From NCBI GenBank assembly GCA_963677925.2, contig CAXXYH010000004.1, forward strand, positions 2,144,001 through 2,208,000: a stretch of 64,000 nucleotides of DNA. Reading direction: 5' to 3'. The notes under the pieces were generated by a model. It saw nothing but the letters and a program-made list of their open reading frames with translations, did no database searches and was not told where the DNA came from. The position numbers were made by a program, and so were the translations under genes. Source of the stretch: Spirochaetia bacterium (GTDB lineage Bacteria > Spirochaetota > Spirochaetia > UBA9216). This document shows, in pieces, positions 1 to 9,439 of the stretch (the stretch's first letter is position 1; each line of letters starts with the position of its first letter).

Positions 1-831
1 CTTGCCAGGGGCAAAAGTATAAGTCAGGATATCAATTTGCTCTGTGAGCAGTTTAAGGAACTGCAGGATAAGGGGTATCTTGAAGTAATACTGACGGGCG
101 TGAATATCTCATCATATAAAGATAAATCAGGTGCTGATTTTTCAGATCTGCTGAAGAGACTATGTGATATCAGGGACAAGGCACGTATACGGCTTTCTTC
201 GATTGAGCCGGAATCTATAACCCCCGGGCTTGCGGAAGTTTTAAAGGATCCGGGAATCTGTCCCCATTTTCATATTCCTGTTCAGTCAGGAAGCGATAAA
301 ATTCTTGAGGTTATGAAAAGGAAAAACCGTCGGTCTCAGATAATTGAAGCGGTCAGGCTGCTTCGTGAAGCTAAAGAAGACCCCTTTATTGCTGCGGATA
401 TAATTGCAGGTTTTCCCGGTGAAACAGATGAGGATTACCGGCAGAGTTTCAGCCTCCTTGATGACTGTGATTTCAGTGCGCTGCATGTGTTCCCCTATTC
501 ATCAAGGCCCGGAACTGCCGCCAGTACGATGAAAAACCGCGTTCCCGAAAGAATTACATCACAAAGGACTGCTGAATTGCGTGAACTTTCGAGCCGTAAG
601 ACCCGTGAATATACCGAAAGATGGATGAGTAGAGAGCTTGAGGTTTTAATCGAAGAAAAAAAAGATAACTGTTCTTACGGAATCAGCTCTAATTATTTGA
701 AAACTGTTTTTTGTGATATACTTAAGGAAGAGGGAAGTCTGTGTACTGTAAAACCTGAACCGGGACTCTCTTCTGATAAAACCGCCGGTTCCGACACTAT
801 TCCCTGCCGATTTATAAAATGGATAGTTTGA
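1..831 (+). CDS. mtaB: tRNA methylthiotransferase, MtaB/MiaB radical SAM family (5'-truncated by window)
   Basis: Motifs EVILTGVN, RIRLSSIEP, CPHFHIPVQSGSD, DIIAGFPGET, LHVFPYSSRPGT typical of MtaB; reading frame is open to the window edge. Confidence 0.8.
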   Translation, partial: LARGKSISQDINLLCEQFKELQDKGYLEVILTGVNISSYKDKSGADFSDLLKRLCDIRDKARIRLSSIEPESITPGLAEVLKDPGICPHFHIPVQSGSDKILEVMKRKNRRSQIIEAVRLLREAKEDPFIAADIIAGFPGETDEDYRQSFSLLDDCDFSALHVFPYSSRPGTAASTMKNRVPERITSQRTAELRELSSRKTREYTERWMSRELEVLIEEKKDNCSYGISSNYLKTVFCDILKEEGSLCTVKPEPGLSSDKTAGSDTIPCRFIKWIV

Positions 832-875
832 TTTTATAAGTTCTTTTGACGATAATTCTGATTAGGAGGGCTGTA

Positions 876-1487
876 ATGAAAATAAAACTCATTATGGTTG
901 CAGTACTTATATCAGCTGCCCTGATACTTGCTTCCTGCCAGCAGGTTTTTACCAGTAGTGTTTACACTCTTTTAGGTTATTCAACCGATATGTCCAGTAT
1001 GACCGATGAGCAGAAGGTTTCTTACGCACAGGATCTGCTTAGTTCCGGCAGCGCAGAAGATATGCAAACGGCATATGATGAGATTTTTGCCATGCTTGGT
1101 GATGATCTGAGTACTGCTGATCCGGAACTGGTGCTCCTTGCTGCCGATTTAGCTGTAGGCGCCTCAGGTCTTGGAGATGCTGTAACAGACGGTCTGGAAC
1201 TGCTGACTTCCGGTTCCGAGGATGCTGATGCTATGGCTAGCCTGATTGAAGGCATTGATACGGATAACCTTGCGGATGCAGTTACACTGATGGAAGCTGC
1301 TGAAGCCAGCGGTACCGACATTACCGAAGAACAGTATGCCAATGCTGCCGCAGCCCAGCTGCTTGTAGCTGCAGACGGTGATATAAATAATCTGGATTTT
1401 GAGACTCCTGATGATGATCTTCAGCAGGCCCTCGACTGGGCTGTACTTGGCGGAGTAGATCTGGAATCTCTGTTTGCCGGCGGTTGA
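876..1487 (+). CDS. Hypothetical acidic lipoprotein
   Basis: AGGAGG RBS before ATG 876; MKIK + hydrophobic stretch + LASC lipobox. Confidence 0.7.
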   Translation: MKIKLIMVAVLISAALILASCQQVFTSSVYTLLGYSTDMSSMTDEQKVSYAQDLLSSGSAEDMQTAYDEIFAMLGDDLSTADPELVLLAADLAVGASGLGDAVTDGLELLTSGSEDADAMASLIEGIDTDNLADAVTLMEAAEASGTDITEEQYANAAAAQLLVAADGDINNLDFETPDDDLQQALDWAVLGGVDLESLFAGG

Positions 1488-1517
1488 TAGCACAATAAAT
1501 ATAAAACGGAGATTCTG

Positions 1518-2708
1518 ATGCCTAAACGACTGATAATAATTTTTTCTATTGCCATTCTGGCGGTAACTGCCAGTCCTGCTTTTTCTGCTCCGGATTTTTA
1601 TATGGAGGATATCCATATACCTTCTGCTATTGACTCAGGAATGGGCGGACCTTATCCGACAGACAACGAGGGGCTTGAAACTATATTTGCAAATCCAGCC
1701 TCATTTAAATCTGCAGAAACAGATGTTACCTTTACAGATTTCAGTCTGCTGCTTAAAGGGCCTATTTTTGATATTACCAGCCTTGTAATAAGCAGTATGT
1801 CCGGAGGAGGAGAGCTTACCGACATTCTTTCTTCCTCTTCGGCCCAGAGTATTCTAAGCAATATTTACACGGGTGTTGAATTGACAGGTCCAATTTATTT
1901 CGGATACACCGGAGACGGACTTGGCTTCGGACTTTTTAATAACACAGATATCACTTTAAGAGAGTCAGGAACACTTGCTCTGACTGTTGAAACAACCGAA
2001 GATATTCTGCTTTGCGGCGGTTATGCATTCAGAATTCCGCTTTCCAGAGATCAGACTCATGTTCTTGATGCCGGAGTAATGATGAAAGGCGGTGTGGAAG
2101 GCAGTCTTGAGATTGAGAAATCGCTTCTTGAACTCACCACGCTGCTCTCTGATTTAAGTCTTGATATTGTTATGAAATCTCCCTTTAGTTTCAGTACGTT
2201 GATCGGTCTTGATGCAGGCCTTCTGTACACCTGGGAGGGGCTTCTTTCCGTCGGCCTTACGGCTCAGGATATATACTCTCCTGCAATCAAATATACATAT
2301 GATACCGGGCTTACCGGCTTTATTGATCCAGCTACAGTGGCACCGACTCCTGAGTATGGACTGATTCCGTTTAAACTGAATGCAGGTGTTGAGCTCAATC
2401 CGGAAATCCCGGCACTTCAGCAGTACATAACAGATTTCCGGTTCCTGGTTGCCTATGATGATATTCTAGATTTCTGGCTTTATCCTTCAGAGGCTGAAAA
2501 CGCCCTGCTTCATATCAAAACCGGCCTTGAGCTTACCATGCTTGAGATTCTATCGGTACGTGTTGGTATGGCGGAAGGCTTACTGAATGCAGGACTTAGT
2601 CTGGATCTGCAGCTGTTTACTCTAAACGCGGCGATGTTCGGCACAGAACTTTCAAGTGTGCCAGGTTTGAACCCAGTTTATAATATGATAATCAGTTTTG
2701 TTTTATAG
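1518..2708 (+). CDS. Putative outer-membrane beta-barrel protein (TraF/DUF5723/FadL-like)
   Basis: Signal peptide; 'GMGG...FANPA' N-terminal motif; amphipathic beta-strand pattern. Confidence 0.55.
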   Translation: MPKRLIIIFSIAILAVTASPAFSAPDFYMEDIHIPSAIDSGMGGPYPTDNEGLETIFANPASFKSAETDVTFTDFSLLLKGPIFDITSLVISSMSGGGELTDILSSSSAQSILSNIYTGVELTGPIYFGYTGDGLGFGLFNNTDITLRESGTLALTVETTEDILLCGGYAFRIPLSRDQTHVLDAGVMMKGGVEGSLEIEKSLLELTTLLSDLSLDIVMKSPFSFSTLIGLDAGLLYTWEGLLSVGLTAQDIYSPAIKYTYDTGLTGFIDPATVAPTPEYGLIPFKLNAGVELNPEIPALQQYITDFRFLVAYDDILDFWLYPSEAENALLHIKTGLELTMLEILSVRVGMAEGLLNAGLSLDLQLFTLNAAMFGTELSSVPGLNPVYNMIISFVL

Positions 2709-2753
2709 CAGAATGAAGCACGAAAATCGTACCTAAATTTCTGCTAATTCGTG

Positions 2754-2782
2754 TTGACATTTTATTTTATAGTTGCTATATT
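2754..2782 (+). promoter_or_regulatory. Sigma70 promoter of the tRNA-Lys/tRNA-Glu operon
   Basis: TTGACA (2754-59), 17 bp spacer, TG-n-TATATT (2777-82). Confidence 0.75.
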
Positions 2783-2803
2783 CATCCAGCAAATGAGCGA
2801 TAC

Positions 2804-2876
2804 GGGCCGCTAGCTCAGCTGGTAGAGCAACGCCCTTTTAAGGCGTGGGTCACAGGTTCGAACCCTGTGCGGCTCA
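2804..2876 (+). tRNA. tRNA-Lys(TTT)
   Basis: Cloverleaf GGGCCGC...GCGGCTC-A; anticodon arm ACGCC-CTTTTAA-GGCGT; T-loop TTCGAAC; CCA not encoded. Confidence 0.96.
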
Positions 2877-2905
2877 AAAGCATTCGCTAGGTGAATGTTT
2901 AAATT

Positions 2906-2978
<73 letters not shown>

Positions 2979-2990
2979 AAATAATTATTA

Positions 2991-3022
2991 TTGGTAGGAT
3001 AAAGATTTACTTATCCTACCAA
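2991..3022 (+). terminator. Island-supplied hairpin downstream of the reconstituted tRNA-Glu
   Basis: Perfect 12-bp inverted repeat TTGGTAGGATAA / TTATCCTACCAA; no clear U-tract. Confidence 0.5.
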
Positions 3023-3104
3023 CGAAACTACCGGACAACCGGCGTTTCTCTAAATCCAAGATACAGATAACTTACAGAAGAAAGTTATCTTAAGGAGTTA
3101 GACG

Positions 3105-4433
3105 ATGCGTCGGTTTTCTGTTTATAAACGTAGTAACAGTCCTTATTACTACTGTCAAATCAAAAATCCAAAAACAGGTAAATATCTTCCACCCAAAAGT
3201 ACAGGTAAGGTTGATGAGGATGAAGCTCTCCTTGTAGTTGCTGATTGGATCAAATATGGGATGCCTCAGAAGGGGCAGCGACGTAACTTTGAAGACATCT
3301 TCATGTTTAGCTCTTTCATGAGCTACGTAGAGAGCTCTACGATAACTGAGAAAGATGCCTCAAGGATTGTAAATGTTTTAAAGAATAAAGGCTTGATTGA
3401 ATCGGTTATATTTACAAGTGATGGCCCAGACACCCAACCTCTTATCCCTTTTTTGAAAACATTCTGGAATTTTGAGAAATCCCCATATGTTAAAGAAAAG
3501 CATAGCTATGGTCAAAAAATTGGTCAGAGGCACTGCTATGAGCAATCTAAGAGACTTTCTCACTGGGAAGAGTATTTTATTGACTTTAGAATTAAGGACG
3601 TTGACAAGCAAGCATTGAAGGAATTTCAATTCTATTTAAGTGAAAAAGGGTTAGCTCCAAAAACTATAAATCATGTTCTAAGTGCAGGTCTTACTGCGTT
3701 TAAATGGATGTATGAAGATGAGAAGATTAAAACAGATCCTGGACATGGTTTAAAGAAGTTTTCCGGGGAATCTGAATCACGTGGAATCTTAACAACAGAA
3801 GAAACTAAAAAGTTGTTTACACTTGAATGGAAAGATGAAAGGGCAAGAATAGGGAATTTAGTTGCATGTACGACAGGCTTAAGAGCAGGAGAGGTCCTGG
3901 CTATTAAACCTGAAAATATTGGTGATGATCTATTGTATGTGAAACATAGTTTTTCAAGGATTGAAGATCTTAAAGATACAAAGAACCACGAAGAGGGGAT
4001 AGTCCCTCTTGTTCCTATAGTCAGGGAAGAACTTTTGAAGCTATCTAAAAAGAATACCTTTGGGACGAACGGATATATTTTTTATTCTGAGTCTCCTGAT
4101 AAGCCAATGAGTCAAAATATTCTTCGTAGAGGTCTTGAGGATGCCCTGATAAAGCTTAGAGCAGGAAATAATCCTAATGAGGATCAATCAAAAGAAGCTA
4201 TTAAATATTGGGAAGAAAGGAATGTCCTTTTCCATTCTTGGCGTCATTATTATGCAACCCATCTTGCAGAGCGAGTTGATCTAAGAACAGCACAGATTGC
4301 CATGAGACACAAGACAGAGGCTATGACAAAGCATTATTCAAACCATGTGCAGACAGAGCGGATGAAAGAAATTGCCGCAGCGGTAGGGGATGCATTTGGA
4401 AACATTATTGAATTTTCGAGAAAAAGAGCATAG
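3105..4433 (+). CDS. int: Tyrosine recombinase / phage integrase
   Basis: Catalytic R (TTGLRAGE), K (KDTKN), HxxR (FHSWRH), H (MRHK), Y (TKHYS); AAGGAG RBS; next to attL. Confidence 0.93.
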   Translation: MRRFSVYKRSNSPYYYCQIKNPKTGKYLPPKSTGKVDEDEALLVVADWIKYGMPQKGQRRNFEDIFMFSSFMSYVESSTITEKDASRIVNVLKNKGLIESVIFTSDGPDTQPLIPFLKTFWNFEKSPYVKEKHSYGQKIGQRHCYEQSKRLSHWEEYFIDFRIKDVDKQALKEFQFYLSEKGLAPKTINHVLSAGLTAFKWMYEDEKIKTDPGHGLKKFSGESESRGILTTEETKKLFTLEWKDERARIGNLVACTTGLRAGEVLAIKPENIGDDLLYVKHSFSRIEDLKDTKNHEEGIVPLVPIVREELLKLSKKNTFGTNGYIFYSESPDKPMSQNILRRGLEDALIKLRAGNNPNEDQSKEAIKYWEERNVLFHSWRHYYATHLAERVDLRTAQIAMRHKTEAMTKHYSNHVQTERMKEIAAAVGDAFGNIIEFSRKRA

Positions 4434-4529
4434 TACACTATATATGGTATGAAGGAGTGGGCATATGTGTATATATACACTATATATAATGACATATGTA
4501 AATATACATGGTACAATCTTATAGTAATC

Positions 4530-5054
4530 ATGGAAGATATAGATAAGAAAATTTATTTATCAGTAAATTTAGATAATTTGAAAAGAGTAACAGGGATGCC
4601 TTTTCGGTTGATGTCAAAGGCTTCAGGTATCCCTTGGACGGATTTTAGACGGTATATTAGTACTAATAGATTACCATTAAAGGTTGCTGTAAAACTCGAA
4701 ACTGTCTGTGTACGATACATCAATGCTCAAGATTTCTATTTACACCAAGGTGTTAAAAGTAATAGAGCATTACTTCTTTTAGAGAAGAATTGTAAAATGA
4801 GCTCTTGGTTTTCTCATGAGGAATGCGGTAATAAAATAGTTACTTTAGAAGCAGGCTTATTGAAAGCTAATGAAAAGATGAAAAGCGGAAATGCAAATGA
4901 ATTGGAAAAAATGTCCTTTTTAATCAATCAACATAGAGTTTCTTGTGAGTGGCAAATCCTAGGAGAATCTTGGGGTGAAGCTGAGTTTTCAGCATTTGCA
5001 GAAAGAGGGCTAAGAGCGCTTGATAGAAGAATTGAAGAAAGTATGTCTGATTAA
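4530..5054 (+). CDS. Hypothetical protein with N-terminal Cro/XRE-like HTH
   Basis: NLDNLKRVTGMPFRLMSKASGIPWTDFRRYIS resembles an HTH; ATGACA-17-TACAAT promoter (4489-4517) favours start 4530 over 4449. Confidence 0.5.
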   Translation: MEDIDKKIYLSVNLDNLKRVTGMPFRLMSKASGIPWTDFRRYISTNRLPLKVAVKLETVCVRYINAQDFYLHQGVKSNRALLLLEKNCKMSSWFSHEECGNKIVTLEAGLLKANEKMKSGNANELEKMSFLINQHRVSCEWQILGESWGEAEFSAFAERGLRALDRRIEESMSD

Positions 5055-5223
5055 GACATAAGATAATATATCTTATCAGCACCAGGCACACCGAACTTCG
5101 GAAGTTGCCACACTGATAAGATAGGAAGTACACATTGTTGATGTAGTTGCTTCTAGAAGGTTGATAAGGTAGACCGGACTCCAAATTAAACTCCTGATTA
5201 CAGGGGCGGGGAGGTCTATCATT

Positions 5224-5451
5224 ATGACGATAGATTCACTCAATTTAGTTTCACATCTCTTAAATTACTCAGAATGCGCTGAGTATCTTGGTGTGAAAGA
5301 AACCACACTTAGAATCTGGGTTTCCCAAGGTAAGGTTCCGTATACCAAGATTGGACGAAGTGTAAGATTTACTTCCGAACAAGTAAATGAAATTCTCGAA
5401 AATGGCCGTCATGAGGCTACAGCGAGGTGTATCAATGAAAAAAATAATTGA
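5224..5451 (+). CDS. xis: Excisionase / HTH_17 (AlpA-like) DNA-binding protein
   Basis: LLNYSECAEYLGVKETTLRIWVSQGKVPYTKIGRSVRF, typical excisionase winged HTH. Confidence 0.85.
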   Translation: MTIDSLNLVSHLLNYSECAEYLGVKETTLRIWVSQGKVPYTKIGRSVRFTSEQVNEILENGRHEATARCINEKNN

Positions 5452-5632
5452 TGCAGCCTTTAACTGGGTACTGAAACAAAAAGTTGAATATGGAGAAGTA
5501 ACTCTTAAATTTATTTTTCATGATGGACAACTTAGGCAAATCGAAAGGGATCTTAAGGAAAAGATACAAGTTTCTTATGAAAATAGATCGAACAACGTAA
5601 AGATCTGTAAAAAAGGGGGAACGCATGAATGA
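5435..5632 (+). CDS. Small DUF2292/YezD-like protein
   Basis: YGEVTLKFIFHDGQLRQIER resembles DUF2292; GAGGTG RBS before ATG 5435. Confidence 0.55.
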   Translation: MKKIIDAAFNWVLKQKVEYGEVTLKFIFHDGQLRQIERDLKEKIQVSYENRSNNVKICKKGGTHE

Positions 5633-6308
5633 ACTACCTAAGTATAGTCTATCCCCTAATAGGTTCGATGTGGATTATTTCTTAGAATACTGTAAGGATA
5701 AAGCCCTGACATTTAAAGAACTGATTGAACTGATCCCCCATTTTTCTTTTAAAACAGTGATTGATGAACACCATAATGGCCGGAAGAAAAAATATTCTGA
5801 GGAATTAGCCATTCAGTTTTGTATTCTATTATTTGAATATAAATCAATTTATCCGGTATTAGCGAAATTAAGCGTTAACAGGACAACTATTTGGAAGTGG
5901 AGACGCCTTTATATCGAGTTTGATAATATGTTCAGATTTACAATGAATTGTATTTTCATAAAAGAAGAAAAAAAACCTTATTCTCAGCATTATAAAAAGC
6001 AACAAAAAATCCACACTAATGCTTCACCGAAAAAAAAAGGTACAACTGGAGCTCAAACTAAGTATAAACCAGAATATAACAGATTCGTAAAATCCTCACT
6101 TAGTAAAACGGCAAAGACTTTAGGTGTTAGTAAAAGAACAATAGTTACATGGTGTAATAAGTATCCCGAATTTAAAATGGCCCAAACAATAAAAAGTGTT
6201 GAGAGAGCACTTCAATTATTGTGTATAGAAGTTGACAAACAAGAAAGAGTATATTCAGCATTTTTAAAATACTCTAAATTAAGAGAGGAGTTTACTGCGC
6301 ATGAGTAA
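5625..6308 (+). CDS. Protein with two terminase-small-subunit-like HTH modules
   Basis: GRKKKYSEELA...VNRTTIWKWRRLYIEF and GAQTKYKPEY...GVSKRTIVTWCNKYPEF. Confidence 0.55.
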   Translation: MNELPKYSLSPNRFDVDYFLEYCKDKALTFKELIELIPHFSFKTVIDEHHNGRKKKYSEELAIQFCILLFEYKSIYPVLAKLSVNRTTIWKWRRLYIEFDNMFRFTMNCIFIKEEKKPYSQHYKKQQKIHTNASPKKKGTTGAQTKYKPEYNRFVKSSLSKTAKTLGVSKRTIVTWCNKYPEFKMAQTIKSVERALQLLCIEVDKQERVYSAFLKYSKLREEFTAHE

Positions 6309-7500
6309 TGACACAATTCAAATACTTGATTTGTTTAAAAACCGCCCTCTCGTGAATGGTATAGATTGTCTTTCATATAAGCAGTTATTAGAAAAAAAAG
6401 CTGAAAATAGTCATCAGCAAAGAAAAGACAAGAAACAGCCCCTTGCAGAGATACGAAACTTTAAGGAAATTCCACGAGAGGACATTAGTTGGCTTTGGCC
6501 TGGACGAATAGCACTTGGAAAATTATCTATGTTAGCTGGAGATCCAGGGATATCAAAAAGTCTTGTCACAATAGATATCGCAGCTCGACTTTCTAATAAT
6601 TCTAATTTCCCAGATGGTGTTCCTGCTCCTATAGGTGATACGATTTTTTTGAGTTTAGAGGATGATCCATCGGATACCATTAAACCAAGACTTGAAGCTG
6701 CGAAGGCCGATTTAGCCAGATGTCATTTTTTAGATAGTAAACTTGTTTTTAGCAATCAAGGAGCTGTAAAAAAAGAACTATTTACGTTAAGGGATCTTGA
6801 TGTTCTCTCTGATGCCTTAAATCAAATTCTCTCTGGAGGTGGAACACCTCTACTATTAGTTATTGATCCTATTGATAGTTTTCAGGTGGCTGTTGATTCA
6901 AATACCAATGATGTTAGAACCATGCTTGCACCAATAGCTGATTTTGCATCTAAACATAATATTGCTGTTCTTTTTATTAAGCATCTCAATAAAAACACAA
7001 AAAATTCAGTTGCATATAGAGTTAATGGTCATATCAGTTATACGGCAGTAACTAGATCAAGTTGGATTTTGTTAAAAGATCCAAAAGTTACTGATAAGCG
7101 TCTATTTTTATGTATCAAAAATAATATTGGCAAAGATAATAACGGATTATCGTATACTATAAAAGATGATGATACAGGGATTCCATATCTGGAATGGAAT
7201 AAAGATATAGAGGTCCGGACTCCTGATGAAATATTATCTGAAGTATATGGAGCAAGAAATAATTCTATTCAACGGGATCAGGTTCTTAAGTTCTTATCAA
7301 TGAATGGTAAAAGTAAAGCAAGTGAAATTGCTGCTTATATTGGTTCTTCATTATCTTCAACTTCGAATATTCTTAAGAAGATGCTCAGTAGTGGTGTGAT
7401 ATCTAACATTGGATATGGGGAATACGATATTTCACCACCTGAAAAAGCTGATAAAAGTGGTGAAAGTGATGAAAGTGATGAAACTCATAAAAGTAAATAA
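6301..7500 (+). CDS. AAA_25 / RepA-type (SF4-like) replication ATPase-helicase with C-terminal winged HTH
   Basis: WLWPGRIALGKLSMLAGDPGISKS (Walker A variant), LSLEDD, LLVIDP (Walker B), IKHLNK, KNNIG. Confidence 0.85.
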   Translation: MSNDTIQILDLFKNRPLVNGIDCLSYKQLLEKKAENSHQQRKDKKQPLAEIRNFKEIPREDISWLWPGRIALGKLSMLAGDPGISKSLVTIDIAARLSNNSNFPDGVPAPIGDTIFLSLEDDPSDTIKPRLEAAKADLARCHFLDSKLVFSNQGAVKKELFTLRDLDVLSDALNQILSGGGTPLLLVIDPIDSFQVAVDSNTNDVRTMLAPIADFASKHNIAVLFIKHLNKNTKNSVAYRVNGHISYTAVTRSSWILLKDPKVTDKRLFLCIKNNIGKDNNGLSYTIKDDDTGIPYLEWNKDIEVRTPDEILSEVYGARNNSIQRDQVLKFLSMNGKSKASEIAAYIGSSLSSTSNILKKMLSSGVISNIGYGEYDISPPEKADKSGESDESDETHKSK

Positions 7501-7653
7501 TTAATGGTTGGATGATTTAGCCGTAAACGTTATGTTTACGGCTAATTTACATACTTGTTAGACCAATTGGATAATATCCTAAATCTTTCCATTTCCAGTA
7601 TCAAAATCTGAATGTGAAAGTTGAATTATGAAGAAGTTTCATCACTTTCATCA
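7449..7653. repeat. Candidate iteron-type replication origin of the island
   Basis: Five tandem 9-mers (TGATGAAAG-like, 7449-7493); perfect 19-bp inverted copy at 7635-7653; palindrome TTAGCCGTAAAC/GTTTACGGCTAA at 7517-7545. Confidence 0.6.
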
Positions 7654-7770
7654 GATTCACTAGGCTTTAAATAAGTGAAATAAAAATTGGAAGTTGATAG
7701 CTAATTTCACAGGTACAGTGTAGATTAGGTTAATTCTTCTAATGTAAAGCGGTTTGAATAAATCGACGAA

Positions 7771-8355
7771 CTATAATCCATCAGTATCTATTTTCCCTTG
7801 TCTGAAGGTTAAAGCACGTTTTTGTGACATATAAGTGATTGACACTTGCCATTCTGAACTATGTGAGCTGTAATGTGCTGTTACACTAATAGTATCATCT
7901 TCAATCTCCCAAGTTGTTGTATAGAAGGAGGGTTTTCCTCTTAGTACTTCCTCTGTTAATTCTATTGTACCTGGTTTCAAATCGGGAAGAGCACTCCAAC
8001 TGGACTTTCCATAGACTCTATCTAATTTGTTACATAAGTCATAATATACATCAAAGCATTCGTAGGCATCTTTGGGATTACCAAGTTTTATCAAATACGT
8101 ACTATTAAAAAACTCCCGATCCGTGAATGCGAAAGTCATAGCTACATCATAACCTGCGACAGAATTATTCGAATATTCCAAAAGTGTGTAATCGCTTCCC
8201 TTTACGTTTTCTTCTCTGATTTTATCAGGTTGACCTTCTTGAGCTATAACATCTTCAGGAGATAAACCAAAAGAGAGGTTTCGAAATTTAAGTTCTTCTG
8301 AATAGGCAAAGGCTGTAGTTATTAAAATAATGCATACAAGTATTATTCTCCTCAT
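7771..8355 (-). CDS. Secreted/periplasmic hypothetical protein
   Basis: MRR + hydrophobic stretch + AYS signal peptide; AGGAG RBS on the minus strand. Confidence 0.7.
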   Translation of the reverse strand: MRRIILVCIILITTAFAYSEELKFRNLSFGLSPEDVIAQEGQPDKIREENVKGSDYTLLEYSNNSVAGYDVAMTFAFTDREFFNSTYLIKLGNPKDAYECFDVYYDLCNKLDRVYGKSSWSALPDLKPGTIELTEEVLRGKPSFYTTTWEIEDDTISVTAHYSSHSSEWQVSITYMSQKRALTFRQGKIDTDGL

Positions 8356-8453
8356 ATCAACTCCTGGTGATTAATTATCACGATCTGTAATTTCCTGTTT
8401 GAATTTACTCTGGTAAATGCAAAAACACAAGAGTAAATATGGCTTTTTAGACC

Positions 8454-8473
8454 AACTATATAGAATTATAGTT
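8454..8473. promoter_or_regulatory. Candidate operator between divergent genes
   Basis: AACTATA-N6-TATAGTT palindrome upstream of the XRE gene. Confidence 0.35.
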
Positions 8474-8526
8474 TCTTGGATTAGTAGTAAAACCCTATTA
8501 CGATGTACATCAATGGGGAAATAGTT

Positions 8527-8844
8527 ATGAGTGTACTACATCCGCTGTCTGTAAATTTAAAGAAATTACGGAAGCAAAATAATATGACACAAGCTATGCT
8601 TGCAGAGAAGATTGATGTAACCACTGCCTTTATAACTGATATTGAGATTCAGAAAAAATACCCCTCACTCAGAAATTTAGAAAAGATTGCCGATGTTTTT
8701 GGTGTTGAACCATTTGAGCTTATAATGCCGGAACAGCAGGCATTATCCTTGGAAGATAAAAAATATATATCAATGAAATATGCATCCCGAATACGAGAAT
8801 TAGCCGATGAGATTGAAAATGAATTGTCTGATTTAGACAATTAA
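8527..8844 (+). CDS. XRE-family HTH transcriptional regulator
   Basis: NLKKLRKQNNMTQAMLAEKIDVTTAFITDIEIQKKYPSLRNLEKIADVFGV; alternative start 8503. Confidence 0.9.
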   Translation: MSVLHPLSVNLKKLRKQNNMTQAMLAEKIDVTTAFITDIEIQKKYPSLRNLEKIADVFGVEPFELIMPEQQALSLEDKKYISMKYASRIRELADEIENELSDLDN

Positions 8845-9439
8845 CCGAAAACTTGAACTTTTTCATAAAGAATATACATTTTTTGTTTTATATTTTAGAA
8901 AATTATTTAGATGGTATAATTCAATATCTTTGCAATAGTTATATGTTTCCGAATGAATTTGCCACAAGTAAAAACGGTTTGATAACAGCCATTAATAAAT
9001 ATAATCAAAAATACAATATAGTTGCTTCTTTTTTGGTCTTTTGAGAACAATCTAATTTTTTTAATTCTTTTTCACGATTAGTAAATTTCATGCTATGATA
9101 CCCTTATTCTTTCATTGAAATTGACTCAAAAATGAAGGATTGCAGGTAAAAAAGATGTTAGCTACAAATAATAATCTTTGTGAAAGGGTATTATTATGAG
9201 GCGTTTTACAGAAGTAGGAAGATTTATTCAAAATTATTATTACTATTGTTCTCAAAATGAGTGTGATTTGATTACCTTCTATGATTTAATATTATTTGAA
9301 GGCCGCATGGTGCATGATAAATTAAACGACTGCCCTTATTTGGTTATATTTGATATGAATTTTATTGAATACTACCTTACGATATTTAAATATCTAATAA
9401 CAATTTTCATATTTCCCGAAAATAAGTATAGGTGTACTC

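Noticed and set aside
1-2876. mtaB located near its substrate tRNA-Lys(UUU)
   Set aside because: Separate promoter and intervening genes; probably coincidental
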